Assembly (NCBI GenBank): GCA_026770705.1
Contig: JANJGN010000131.1
Coordinates: 744,001 to 808,000, forward strand
From: Isurus oxyrinchus
Taxonomy: Eukaryota
Direction: 5' to 3'
Length of the DNA stretch: 64,000 nucleotides
Made by a program: the position numbers and the translations under genes
Shown: one piece after another, positions 50,201-63,846 of the stretch
Position numbering within the stretch: position 1 is the first letter of the stretch
Layout: each line of letters opens with the position of its first letter
Notes under the pieces: model-generated
Database searches by the model: none
Told to the model about the DNA's origin: nothing
What the model saw: only the letters and a program-made list of their open reading frames with translations

Positions 50201-51479
50201 TGAACCGTACCGTTCAGCCAATATTCCAGGTTTCTATCACCATTCAGAGTTAGGTTCGGCCATACCGCGAAAAAAAAAATCTTAAAGTGTTGGGCGTTTT
50301 TGTCCACAACTAGAAAGTGACCTGCACCAAACTGGCCCAGTGACAATTAAATAATGATTAAGTTCAAATACCTCTTTGATGTTTATTTGGAACAATTAGA
50401 TCTCCTGACATTAAATAAACTTGTTATCTTTAAAAGAGACGAACCTTTCCACTCAAAATGAATGTCCATATTGATTGGTTAGTTTCTCTGTCACTATCAA
50501 ACAACCTACCATTTCCGTTTGCATATTTGCTGTTAGTCTTGGAACCGATGCACTTATGTTGCAGGACACCCATCACAAAACATGTGTCACACTTTGTTAC
50601 AAATACATAAAAAAACTTTTAAAAACGAGAGTTCTGGCGATGGAACAAGAAGCTGAAGCTTAAAATAAAAAGTAATTATCCTCTTGGTTGGATTTGTGCA
50701 TTTTGAGAAATTGCTATTAAAGTGGAGGTCTGGTTAGCAGTTACATGTAACAATTATGTTTCACCTCTGAGACGACACGTAAACAACAATGCCCGATATC
50801 TAGCTTAGTAAACTTAAAGATCGACTTCCATTTCAAAGTATTTTCTTAATTACATGTTCATTTGAACTTTGTGAAATTAAGAAGACTTCATGATTTAAAT
50901 TAGTGTGTTTTCTATGATCGGCCAGTGTCTATAAAACAGGGATTGGAAATTATATGTAGAAAAGCAAACAGAGGTTAATAAATCAATGAAATAGAATTGC
51001 TCTTTTTTAAGCCACACCTTGGTCCGTATCTCATCTAGGTTTAATGATGTGCTTGTATCCCTGATTACTGTAATTTTTACACTTAAGTTATTTGAACAAA
51101 GCGTTGGTTGTAAAAAGTGATACTGTAATTAAGCCATTAGAGCCAGTAATCACAAGCTGAAAAAGATGAAAGTAATTCAAAGGCAACTATGTAACATGGA
51201 AATAAATCTGAAAATCTCATAAAGAAACAAAAAGAAAAAACGCTGGAAGTTATCAATCGCATCACCAGCTCCTTGACAAAAACATACTCACCGAACTGGG
51301 TACAACACAAAGGGGCCTGTGACTGTGCAGAGTCTATTTTAAAATAATTATCTATAAATAACATTTAAAGCAGCGGTAATATGATGCTTTTCTAGTAAAC
51401 TTCTAAATAATCCCTTGCGGAGCTCTGACAAATGTTCCCTGCAGAGAGCGCATTGTTCAATTTATGGGTGAATCAACAA

Positions 51480-51730
51480 TATTTTTAGGGGACAGTGAAG
51501 ATTGCATTCAGGGGACATTAATGATTGAACTTAGGAGAAGATGATCATTGTAGTTAGGGGACATTCAAAGATTGTATTTAGCAGCCAGTGATCATTATGG
51601 TTATGGTACAGTCGTCATTGTTTTAGGGGACAGTGAAAATTGTATTAGGGGACAGAGATCATTCCATTTACAGGGCAGAGAGCATTGTATTTAGGGGCAG
51701 AGCAGACTATATTCAGGGAACCATTGTCAT
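51480..51730. repeat. ~22-bp minisatellite
   Basis: Repeated ttaggggacagtgaagattgta-like units. Confidence 0.8.
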
Positions 51731-51739
51731 TCGCACCGA

Positions 51740-52860
51740 ACTTCCGAATTCGGTACGTGGGGGTGGGAGGGGTTGTGCATGGTAAGTGGCCCAGAAGATG
51801 CACCCGGGGCCCCCACAGGAATTTCTCATGTAAACATTACACAGATATTGTGCAGGAACTTCAAACTTCCGATGGGAAATTATCCTGGATGCCTTGGAAT
51901 CATCTGGACATCAAATTTAAATTGCAGAACATACGTAGCTCCACCACTCTGAGCAGAATAGGTATCCAGGAAAAGTTAGGGGATTTGAAATAATTTCCTA
52001 CTTCCCAATTCCCCACTTGACCCTAAATATTCCCCTCCACCGTTCCTCACTCGGTTGCCCTGATTATCCTCCTGACAGCCCGACTACCTTCCTACCTCGG
52101 ACTACAACCCCACCCTCATGAGTAACCCGACTAAAAAAACACCACCCTATTATTCCTCCCTCCACAAATCGTCTCACCCACGCCTCGACTGACACCCGCA
52201 GACACAAAATACCCCTGGACTAATTCTACACCCTCCGACCCATCCTACCCACTCCACCTATCCTAATCCCAACGTATCCTATTCCCCGGAACGATGCTAC
52301 CACCCGATCCTCCCTATCCCATTCCACCTACCCTAAACCCGGGACCATCCTATGCCCCTGACCCATACTGCCCCACTCAACTCATCCAACCAGCCAGCCA
52401 CAGATTACATCACTGAATCATCCTACCACGCTCCACCATTCTACCCCTGATCCAACCATCCAGACTGGCACACCCAACCCCACTCGCCCCGTCCTACCTC
52501 CAACCCATCATGCACACTCCAAGTATCCTACCCTGAATCATCCAATTCTCCTAGCCCAACCTACCCCCCTCAACCCATCCTGCCTCCAAGGACTATCCTA
52601 CAGTCTGGACTATTCTAACCCACTGGACCTATACTACCCACTCTACCTCCCCGACCTAACAGACAGCTTGAACCAGCCAACCCGCCCGACCATTTCACGC
52701 CCGAACAATCCTGCCCCACTTGAACTAGACTACAAGCCCGACCATTCCTCAACTGCCAACGAAACCTACTCCTGACACAAGTTACACTACGTCAACTGTT
52801 CACAACACCTTACACATTCTGTCAGTTCAAAGCATCCTACCTCACGCCGGTTTTTCGAAT
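51740..52860 (+). repeat. Interspersed repeat with long C-rich low-complexity tail
   Basis: Core (aacttcaaacttccg...gcagaataggtatccaggaaaag) recurs at ~57120 (+) and ~56770 (-), followed by C-rich degenerate repeats. Confidence 0.55.
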
Positions 52861-52889
52861 CCTGGTCTACTCTTCCCCTGACACATCCA

Positions 52890-53545
52890 TTGACTAGAAA
52901 TTGAACTGGGCTAGCCATCTAAACACTGTGGCTACAAGAACAGGTAAGAGGCTAGGTATCCTGCGTCGATTAACTCAGCTCCTGATTCCCCAAAGCCTGC
53001 CCACCAGGTGGCCCACTTGCTCTTGGTGCAAGTCAAGAGTGTAATTAAATACTTCCCACTTGTCTGGATGAGTGCTGCTCCAACAACGCTCACGAAGCTT
53101 GACACCATGCAGGACAAAGCAACCCGCGGGATTGACCCCCCCATCCACAAATATTCACTCCCTCCACCACCGGTGCACAGTGGCAGCACTATTTGCCATC
53201 TACAAGATGCACTGCAGGAATTCACCTTAGACAGCACCTTCCAAACTTACGGCCACTACCTTCTTGAATGACAAGGGCAGCAGATATATGGGAACTCCAA
53301 CAACTGGAATTTCCCCTCCAAGTCACTCATCATACTGACTTGGAAATATGTCGTTGTCCCTTATATGTCCCTGGGTCAATATCCTGGAACTCCCTCCCTA
53401 ACAGAACATAGGTGTACCTACACTACATGGACCACAGCAGTTCAAGAAAGAAGCTTATTAACACCATGTTCTCAAGGGCAATTATGGGTGGGCATTAAAT
53501 GCTGACTGAACCTGGGACACCCACATCCATGAATGAATAAAAAAA
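52890..53545 (+). mobile_element. CR1-like LINE 3' fragment (second family)
   Basis: Peptide QVKSVIKYFPLVWMSAAPTTLTKLDTMQDKATR. The tail ends in atgaatgaataaaaaaa and matches rc of 8110-8700. Confidence 0.85.
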
Positions 53546-55304
53546 CTGTTACAGAAGCATCACTTTACCCTTTGACTTTTTAACTGATATTGTGCCTAAT
53601 TGTGACGAAGTATTAATATCCGACTCTAACATTGACGGAGTAAATGATGCTTTGGTCAAATACGTTGAATGACCACATGTGTTGGGCTCCATATCCTCTT
53701 GCAAGTAATTGACCAATTTTGAAGGATTTTCTGCGGTGTGCTCGCACAGATTGCCTGAATAAACAAACTTTCCTGATGGAAAGACACGAAGAGTTGGGCT
53801 CGTGATTCTTATACAGTTTTTGACATATGCAGTGTTTACTCGTGCAATTGAATTCATACCAAAGAGCCAAAAGTCGTTTTTTTCTGATCAAGATGGTTTT
53901 CATTACTCTGAATGGATATGCACAATGTAAGTCTATTTACTGTACCGTGAACTGAGGCTGTAACAGAAAAGGAGAAAAGCTTTGCTACAGCTGTACAAAT
54001 CCCTGGTTAGATTACATGCTGGATTCCTTGTATAGTTCTGGGAACAGAACATTAGAAATGATAAACATTGGTCTAGAAGCAGGCCAGCACTGATCTACCA
54101 GAATGCTTGGAAGGTTTTAATATTTAGACTCAGGCGCCATGCCAGTTATTACAGCAGGACAACTGTTGGTTTCCGCCTGGTGCCTCAGCTTGAAATGAAT
54201 TTCAGGATGTTAGAGTCAATGTGCAGCAAATATCCACATTAGTAATACCATGCAAATTCAAACAACTATACTCAGTATCTGTTCCATGATTCAATGTTTA
54301 AAATCAAAGTTGTAATATTTGTATTCTCATTTTGAAATTAGGCACTCTCCACTTTGCAACACAAAACGAGTTGTAAACCTGGCGGAGTTGCACCATTTGT
54401 TGCAGTGAAGAAACAACTCCGGACTGGAGTGCTGTTTTCAAAGGTCAGTTGTGATCGGTTGATCAGGAGTAATGCGTGTATCTGTGTAAACAGCAAGCAG
54501 AAACATCTGTCCCATTGCAACCCATATTCAGCCTTACACCACCATCTTTAGTCAGTTAACTTTTTGTGCATTGTGCATTAGCACAGCCCATCTCACCCCT
54601 TTCCTTCACTTCTAATCTCCGCCTCTATAGCTGTTCTCGACCAGTGGACACGTGAATTTTCCAAAACCTGATGCGAAATTTTAACTCTCAGCCCTCGTTT
54701 TATTCTTTCAATCAAGACGTAATTCATGCTAGTTTTGACAATTCGCATGATGTCAAGTGTTGTGACTAGCCAATCTGGTAACTCGTGTTTTCTTTTAGTT
54801 TTAGTAATAATAATTGATGTGGGGAAGCATGGATTTGTGTCGTGGGTAAACAATAATTACAGTTCACTGGATAGTCCATGTCTGCATAAAGAGGCCAGAT
54901 CTGCCAGTGTGAAATCCTTAAAGAATAGGCAGCTTTTCATGGTGTGGACGTACTATCTGCAGTTGTCTTCATAAGGGGTTCAAGTAGTCATGCAGCTCCC
55001 AGATCAAAGAAACTACAAGTGCCAGAGAAGGCATTAGGGTTTGTGTATTAGACAGGCCCACGTTTTTGGACCACATCACCTTGTTTAGGCTGATTTCCTT
55101 TTTGAGTCATCGAGGCCCCAATGTCCAACAGGTTCTGCTCCCTCTCAAACCTGAGGGAAGACAAATTCTAGCGAAAGCTTGTAGAATTTCTGTTCAATAG
55201 TATGTCTATATCAGATCTGCATTGGTCCCAATCTCTCGGAATCGTTCTCATGTTTTTTGCCCGGTTCAGCATAAGAAGGCCGACAAGATTTTGTCTCGAT
55301 GGTG

Positions 55305-56245
55305 TTTATGTGCCATATATTTCCTGGCCTCTAGGAATTAGCCTATGGTTGTGCCAACGGCAATATCAGTGTTATATATCGGCTCTGCAACTGCTCTGCT
55401 TTGTAAGTGTTTAGCCGGACAGTGCGGGGGGGGTGGGGGGGGGGGGGGGGGTGGCGTTGTGGGGGGTGGGGGCACTCCGCGCCTAACCAGAGCTGTAGAG
55501 GCCTGGGAATATTTTATGTGATACGTAAAGAACGTATTCTTCCTCAAACATTGTGCTGCATTAACCTCTGAGGAAGAGTGCCTTTATTATTTAGAACGAC
55601 CCGACGCTGACTGTGACAGATCAGAGACGTCACTGAGTTGCTCTTCGCCATTCCATCATTCTGCTTCTGGTTTTTACCATAAAAGGGAAGGGGTAAACAT
55701 TTCTTTACACGGGTGGGGCGTTGTGTGGTGAATCGCGCTTTGACTGAAGGGCCTCGAGTTCAAACACTTTGCAGACAGGAATCGTGTGAAATACCAGTCT
55801 GGAAAGGAGGAAAACGTGAAATAGGGAAAATGCAGCCATGTCGATGAAGCGAGGAGAAATGAATTCAGCAAAGTTATACTTGGTGCAATTATCATTCAAG
55901 ATTTATTAACAATTTCAGGGCATGTTTTGTAGAAATTATTCATTTAAAGGTCACAAAAGTGAATTTATCATTTGAGCGTCACATTGAGACGACCCCATAT
56001 GCTCTGAGCTGCCAACTGTAAGAAGAAGTGTAACATAGGCCAGAAAGAGAAAACAGAAATTTAGCATAAAGGGAAGGGGATAACAGCGAAAGAAAAGACA
56101 TATTTACAAATGCAATTCAAGCTATAGTGAAATTATAAGCGACAGTTATTTTAAAATAATAATTATCTCGCGCATTTCAGACAGAAAGGTGGAAATACTT
56201 CCACGAATGTCTCAATTACAGATTCAGAATCATAAAATGAAGATA
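55305..56245 (-). pseudogene. Second copy of the Ig heavy-chain TM2/3'UTR region, truncated by a repeat insertion
   Basis: Colinear with 14680-15550 (gtgttatatatc; tgactgtgac; ttacacgg.tggggcg; agggaaaatgcagc..tgtcgatg; gaattcagcaaagt; cagaaagagaaaac; ttacagattc). Minus-strand AATAAA at 55902-55907, and rc YLHFMILNL* at the break. Confidence 0.7.
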
Positions 56246-56249
56246 GGCA

Positions 56250-57790
56250 CAGCGTGGAGAGAGGTTTAGTGTGCAAGACAGCAGGGTCAGGTAGTCGGGT
56301 GGCAAGTATAGGGGTGAGAGAATAGGGTAGTTCGAGGGATATCAGGCAGTTAGAGGTTGTTGACATTTAGTGGGGGAAGGGGGCTAGACAATTGGACGGG
56401 GGGGGGTGGTTAGCGGGTGGGGTTGAAGTGCGGAGTAGGCACAGTGCGGTGGGAGTGTGGGTAGCGTTTGGGTTATCCGGAGGGTTGTCTGGGGTAGGGG
56501 GAGATTCGGGTGTTCGGGACGGTAGTCGGGGGTTGGGTGCAATGGGAATGTGGGAGATTAGTTTGGGGATAGCGGTTGTCCCCGTCATCTCGGCAGCAGT
56601 TGAAGTTTCAATGTATTAGACAGGGTATGGGTAATTGGGTTTTGGATGGTAGTCGGGGACCTGGGGCACACTCGGGCTGTCTGGACAGTAATTGGGGTGT
56701 CCATTTCAGAGTTGCAGATCTGAATTCTGGTTACTCAGGAGCTGGAACTGGTATTAATCCTTCTCACGTTTCCTGGGTACCTATTCTGCTAAGTATGCCA
56801 GGACAATCCAACTCCTCCAAATCTAACTCAGGGTTCTGGAATGTTCCAGATGCAGTACTAATTGCCCAAAGGATGTGGAAAATCCGGGGGAAGTTGCCGG
56901 GCAGTCCTGAAGTGGGGAATTACATGGCATTCAACATCGCATCTCTCTGGTACCTTGGGGTCAGGCCATCTACTGGTCAGAAGATCTGGGAATATTGACA
57001 ATACATTCTGATCTCCATAGGGCCGCAGTCATGAGGCACCCCAAAGATGCTGTTTGAGAAGCACAACCTCCACCATCCGCCCCCGGGCAGGAAGCCCCCA
57101 TATGAGGGCTGCACGGGTATTGACCGGAAAATTCAAACTTCCGAAGAACATCAGGTACCATCCAAACCATCCGACATGTGGATTTTAATTGGAAACTTCA
57201 GATTGTTATGCCTGTCCCGGGAAAATAGTTTCCCAGGAGGAGTGAGAAGAACGAAAATCGTTTCTAACTCCTGGGTCACTATAGAAATGACAACCCCGAC
57301 CCCCCACTGGAAACCTCAAATATATCTCCCACCTCCCCGACTGCCGAACCTCCCCCGCCTATCCTCTCAACCCGCCCCCGACTAAGCCCCATTACCTTCC
57401 CCAACCCCTGACAATCCTCCCGCCCCCAGGCTGTCCTCCCAGCAATCAACGAACCACAAGCACCCAACTGCACCGTCACCCAGTGAGGACCCAATTGACC
57501 TCACGAATACCCCTGATAACCTGCCAAACACCCTCCCAACACATCGAATACTCGTCAAGCATGACATCGACAATTTCCCTCGATTCCCCAAACACCCTGC
57601 AGACCCCTGATTACCCCATAAGCATTCCAACCGCCTGAACAGCCCAGGGTATCACTCTAACACCTCGACAACCATCCCAACCACGCCTAATTCTCTCCTG
57701 GTATCCAAATGTAACAACCCTGGACACACCCGATGATTCCAACACCGCCCTCCCATCCTCTCCCCCAGCGGCCCATCACCTCCATCCCCA
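56250..57790. repeat. Head-to-head pair of the C-rich-tailed repeat
   Basis: G-rich tract (56250-56700), inverted core, direct core, then C-rich tract (57300-57790). Confidence 0.55.
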
Positions 57791-59779
57791 ATCCTGGAAA
57801 ATTGGATTCTGGATGTCTGATATCTAATAGCAGTAGTTTTCCTTATCCATGTTTGATTTGATGTTCTCTGATGTCATGAGACTTGATGGATTCCGCAGCA
57901 GATATTGAGAACTCCAAAGGCCCTCCTTCCAGAATATACACCACTGTACTGGCATCACCGAAGGCTCTAGCCTGTTGGTTTATGTTGCTTCCCAACTCGA
58001 TTTTTTTCCAATTATAGCATTCCAAATCATATTTTTTGCAGTAAATTCCATATCTCATGCGCTTGGCATTCCAGCTGTCTTTCCTGAATTATGTCAACTA
58101 GCCTGCACACAGTTTTCTCCATATCCATGTCTTGCACTATCGGCAAAGCTTAAATTTTTACCCTTTGTTCCCGTGTCCATATGTCTAACAGATATCACAA
58201 ATGACAATTGACTGAACACCAATACTTGTGGGACACTGTGTTAACTTGCTTCATGATGCAAAACCATCGGGACCCACGAATACCATCCCGTCTATTACTT
58301 CAGAGAAAAGTCCTGTCAAGTTTGTCTATTTTGCCTTATTACAAATCCATGTTAGCTGTCGGTTATTAACCGAAAATCTTCCAATTCACCATTAAAATTG
58401 CCCCGATTCTGCTCACTGGACGTTCACCTGGCGGCAATGTTAGGCTGACTGATTGTAATGCAACAATGATTTTCACACAGGATAGGAAATGTCTCTGTGG
58501 TGAATTTGCATGGGGGCTTCTAGATTGTCATGTGACATTCAATGTCAACATGCTTCATTAACATTCAACATCATAACGTGAGAAAAGTGCAACTTTTAAA
58601 GATATTGTAAGATATCATGGGGGTAATGTTTCCTGTTGAATAAGTTTTAAAAAAATCTAGTTTGTAAAGGAGAACATGAAAAAAATAACGACTGATCTTA
58701 TTGGGAATTACAATGGAGTAATTGATGCAACGGAAATAACGAGACAACCCGACTAATAAATTCGTCAAATTCTTTCTGTACCTGCCTTTCGAAAGACGAA
58801 TGTGCTCCTGAGCAGTGTCAGTGTCATCCAGCATCCGCCCAAAATGAAAACGAATGGAACGTCTCGCCAATCAGCCCAAATTGCCGAGTTGTAGGCCCCT
58901 ACTGCATTACAAAGCAACACTGCAGCACCAACATCCTGTTGTTCTCTGGAATCCATTAAGTGTCAACTAAACTCGCTTGCATTTCACGCTATGCACACCC
59001 AAAAATCCTGCCCACCAGATCATTGATAAATGGTTCTATTGAGTATTGTCAGTAGATAGAGTGAGATTCTTAATATTGGTTCATACAATGCAATGGCAAC
59101 TCCTGCCGCTGTCAAGGAGCATTAAAGAGTCTGGCTCCATTTGAACAGATTGCTTTTGCCAGAGCATCGTCTCTTCATAGCCGACACTGCATTTCAGCTG
59201 TAACGTTGCTGGTCCAGAGGCATCGTTGGCCCCGTGGACACATCATCAGATCTGCTGCCTCTCCTTACAGGCTGCAGAACAGTCATCTGGGAAATCCAGA
59301 AACCAACCACAAGGCCTCCAAAAACAAGCCTTAATAACACCAAATAGTTTGTGACAGGAGAACTCCTCCAAATTAAATTCCATGATATTAAGGTACCAAG
59401 CCCATTGTGAAATACTGGTGGAGTGTCAGTTTTGCAGAACTGGAGCTTCTGTTTGCCGAATGATGTATTAATGCGTTTTCTACTCCACATTCGGTATACT
59501 GCCATCACTTCAGTCGTCAGGATGTGTGACTTCAGTGTAACATCGATTCACCTTTTTCAGGCAAATACGGGGCATACTCCCACAGGCCTCTTTCACAAAT
59601 GGAATTCTGGGTCATGGTAGAGAGTGCCTCAGCAAACCACAGCTAAACATCGGTACCACTGCTGCAACTAATTTCGTGCCCCGAATATTGAAGCTATCAA
59701 CTGACATTATAGTTGATCACGTCTGGGCCTGTTGTCGAATAACTGTTAAAGATAAATTGGTAGGACCGGTTAACTACTG

Positions 59780-60070
59780 ATGGGAGGTGGTGGTGTAGCA
59801 GCATTATGACCAGGTTAACATTGCATAAGGCCCAACCTAATTCTCTGGGGACCGAAGTTCACATCCCACCGTGGAAGGTTGGGCAATTTGAATTCAATAC
59901 AAATCTTTAATTAAGCGTCTGATGATGATCATGAAACCATTGCTAATTGCTGTAAAAGCCCATTTGGTTTAATCATTTCCTGCAGGAAAGAGCATCTGCT
60001 GTCTGGCCTCTACGTGACTCTTAAATGCTCTCTGAACAAGAGCATTTAGCGATTGAATGAATAAAAAAAT
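59780..60070 (+). mobile_element. tRNA-headed SINE
   Basis: ggaggtggtggtgtagc...ctctggggacc...cccaccgtgg...catgaaaccattg...ctggcctctacgtgactc with an A-rich tail. Same family as 22487. Confidence 0.7.
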
Positions 60071-60780
60071 CCCTTCTACCTTTATCAACGTGGCTAACAG
60101 GACAGTAGGAAACGAAATCGGCTGAAGATTTATAAATGATAAATGAAGATAATGTCCTTATGCAGTTTTCTAACTTTTTAAAAAATGATTTTGTTGGTCA
60201 TTTTTGGGGCCCCTTTAGAGATGGGACTCTTCCCAATTGGCCAACGGAAAGTGCAGAAGATGAATTGATGGTATTTTGCCATCGCAATCCCCCAGTCTGC
60301 TGTTTGTATATTTAGGGGCTCAGGTGTTTGCTGTAAAGCAGTGCTTGGTCAGTGGAGAACAATTCCTGAGGATAGTATGTGCATCCATTTCGAAGCGTAT
60401 CCAACCATCAAGATCAGAATCATTACTGGGGCGGGACGCGGGGAGATTGTGGTTGCTTTATCAACAGTTCATCTTGGAATGTGGTAACAAATCAGATATA
60501 CGACACTTTGCCGTCCACATGAACGTAGAGATACTACGAGGACTACAAGGACACTGGATTCTGATGGGAATAAGACAGACCAGAGAAAATATGGGCAAGA
60601 GAACATTTAACTACCAGAGAACAGATACTGACACTTAATTGTGCTCGGATGTATTGCGCCTTTAACAGTCTTATTTTCAAACTGAGTGACTGTGAACTAG
60701 AATGGAGAACAATACATGGCATCGACAAGAAGGGGCAAGGATGGAATCTTGTGTACAGTTGAAGTTGGATTCTGCTGTCC

Positions 60781-61690
60781 TTATCGTCCAAATAATTTAA
60801 CAATTTCAAGTAGTGGATATTTCACCCCATTCTTTAACACCTCTCTGAATTTACTCTGGTCCCTGCATAAATAAACAGGTTTGCGCAGGAACTCAAAAAC
60901 TGAAGCATGTATGCTTTTTCCTCAAGAATGAATGTTGAAAGATTGATTTCAGAGCTTGAAAAGTATTTAACATTTCCAATTTGCACATAGAGGAAAGTTA
61001 TAAAAATTAACAAGTATAACAGGATGAAATTTCCCGATACACAGAAGAGTAAAATGATGGACTTTTTCCGCTTCTCCATCTCAGGGTCACGCTGATTGTC
61101 TCCATTTCTCCGGGTCTGGAGTCTCCTGCGAGCTCTGCTGGCTGCGAGAATGTGTCTAACTGTCAGGACATTGAGCAGTAAAATCAGAATGAATGGGAGA
61201 CAAGGGGTTAAAATGTGATCAATGCAGTCATAGGCGATCCATGCAAGTGAGGTATAAAATATCACTTTTACATCGCAGAACCAGGGCACATTGTCAATTA
61301 TGTACAAAGATTCGTATATAAAATACTGGAAGGTGTTTTTGACACAGCTGATTGTGCAGATTGTCCCTATAACCCGTGCCGCCGTTTTTTTGGAACAACA
61401 TTTTACTTTCAGCTTCTGGCAACAAATGGCCACAAATCGATCAAAGGTGAAAGCTGTAGTTAACCAGGCAGAGCTGTCTATGGCTGAATATATTAAGGCT
61501 TCACGGAGACTGCATACTGGTGTGATTGACAGGAAACTGAGTGGGAAATAAATACCAGCAGTCCGGTTCAATATCACAGCGGTTATAATGAGCAGGAGAT
61601 CTGATACCGCCAGGGATTGTAAATAATGCGTTATACAGGTGGAGAGGCCGCATTTCACTCGAGAAAGGATCACAATCACCGCCAGGTTAG
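60781..61690 (-). CDS. GPR139-like: GPR139/GPR142-like orphan GPCR gene 4, exon 2 (1-bp frameshift after TM7; as sequenced stops at 60834)
   Basis: (CT)n-tttattgcAG| at 61691. Open through all 7 TMs. GGG ACC AG AGT lacks one C of ACC CAG at ~60858. The ancestral tail SKFREVLKNGVKYPLLEIVKLFGR* continues in the other frame to TAA at 60781. Confidence 0.85.
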
Positions 61691-62889
61691 CTGCAATAAA
61701 GAGAGAGAGAGAGAGAAGTTGGAAAGAGACTGAGTTTGTGTGTGTGTGAGTTTGGGAGAGAACGAATACAGGAAGGTTACTGCTCAAACTATAAACAAAT
61801 CAACAATTGTATAGGATTCTGCATGAATTTGTACATTTCAGATGTGTTCCCCAGTTGCGCAATTGCAATGGGCAAGTGATTCAGCTTTGTAAATTGAAAT
61901 CTTAATTCAATATAGGTCAGGTCAAAGTTATATGAATGTCAAATATTTTAATAAAAACTAATGGAGAACAAAAGACATCGTTAACATTGAGAAACCAACC
62001 TAGAATTTTTGTATAAGCAGGAAGAAAGTGTACGCTTCTGCAAGGCATTGCAGGAAATATGGTCTAAAGTAAGTAACAAAACAAGCAACAAAAAGTGTGG
62101 AAACTAACAAGGGCGCGGATTATATCTCACTGAAGATCAATATAGTTCCTTTCCTATATAATAATTGGCAATAATTATTGAAAATTATTCGTTGTTGTGA
62201 ACTTCGGGAATTAAACCTGCTTCCAAATATCGACATACAGCGAGGAGTAAAGGGGCAATAAATGATTTCTGATCTTCCAGACAGGGCGTTTGCCTGCATG
62301 TGAAGATACATCCTAGCTCCTCACATATAGTCAACTGGAAGATCGGTGTCGATCTGAACCTTTGGAAATGGCGGAAGCCAAAATCTCCTTCCGAGTGAGG
62401 TCCTCTTGCAATGCAGCACTGACTCCGTACTGCACTGCACTTTCGGGATCAACTATCAACGTTGTCCTGTAATAGATATTTCAAATCAAAGCATTGCGCC
62501 TGAGATGTGAAAGATGCAGCCAAGTAGACAGCCTCATTCAATATGGACAAACAGCGGAGACGGGAAAATGTGGGACATTGTCCGGTGATATCAGCAGAAG
62601 GAAATTCCGACGTCAACAGTGGTCAAGTCGAAGCGTCAGCAGCAGTTCAAGAACCAATTAGTGTTGGAGACTGAGAGCAGAAACACACCTCTGTGATCGT
62701 GGTGCTAATATAGAATATTCATCAAAAGTCTATTATTACATTGTTCATACATCTGTCAAAAACTGGGTACTCATGATGTCCTTCCATCAAATTCGTTGGG
62801 GGAATATTGAATGTTACATTGCCCTCTATCAATGAAACATTCGTGGGAATTTTTCGATCATTGTCAATGTGAACAACACAACAGATTTA

Positions 62890-63300
62890 CATTTGCACCG
62901 TGAAAACAGTGTGATAGCTCATCCACAGTTCGACTGTCAGTAACAGAAGATGATCCATTTCACAGTGTGTTTAAAGTGTGATAACATAACCACAGTTCGA
63001 CTGTCAGTAACAGAACACGAACATATTCATACTGTGATTAAAGTGTGATCACTCAACCACAGTTAGACTGTCAGTAACAGAAGGTGATCACATTCACACT
63101 GTGATTACAATGTGATAATTCACCTTCAGTAATGATACCGGAAACACAATGGAAAAACATTTAGACTGTAATGTCACTGTTAAAATACACCTGCAGTAAC
63201 AGAAGACAATTACACTTGCACCGTGATTACAATGTGATAATTCTCCTTCAGCAACAATGCCAGTAACAGAATGGAAATGCAATTGCACTGTGATAATAGT
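62890..63300. repeat. ~62-bp tandem repeat in intron of gene 4
   Basis: ccacagttcgactgtcagtaacagaa recurs at ~62923, 62990 and 63057, then decays. Confidence 0.8.
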
Positions 63301-63339
63301 GTGAAAATGCACCAGTACTAAATGGCGCAAAACACCATT

Positions 63340-63780
63340 GAAGATGGTAATATAATACCACTTACAACGAAAAATTACACCCTTATAAGGGGGATATTAT
63401 ACCGCTAACAGCGAGAAATTTCACCCTGAACAGGGTAATATTTTACCATTAACAGCGAGAAATTACACACTTTGCAGCGTGATATGATAGCACTTAAATT
63501 GTGAAATTTTGTTTTTAACAAGGTTATATTATGCCACTAACAGCGAAGAATTGCACCTTTAATAGCATATTATTAAGCCATTAGCGGCGAGGAATTTTAG
63601 GCAAAGGGAACAAATTATATTGTCAAAATTGAGACATTATGCCTATAAAGTGGGGAAAATGTTCTTTTAGAGGGGTAAAATATACTTGTTAAAAGAGGGA
63701 AATTGCTCCATTAATGGGGAGAATTGTACAGATAAAGGGCGAAATGGGAGAATGGGTATAACGTTATGGATATTAAATGC
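63340..63780. repeat. ~43-bp degenerate tandem repeat in intron of gene 4
   Basis: Repeated taatattttaccattaacagcgagaaattacacac-like units. Confidence 0.7.
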
Positions 63781-63846
63781 TTTTAAAAGGTAGAATTCCT
63801 GCAGATAACCGATTTCCGTATCAAAATAGTAATTACAATACTTTAC

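Noticed and set aside
51295-51336. Possible 42-nt minus-strand exon (ag|...DSAQSQAPLCCTQF...|gtgagt)
   Set aside because: Strong donor but weak acceptor, no recognisable homology and no partner exons.
58420-59400. Possible decayed DNA-transposon internal sequence
   Set aside because: Too degenerate to assign by eye, and no transposase motif could be read.
62960-62995. CACAGTG heptamer as a possible V(D)J recombination signal
   Set aside because: It is part of the ~62-bp tandem repeat, and the nonamer-like acataacca is not at 12 or 22/23 nt spacing.
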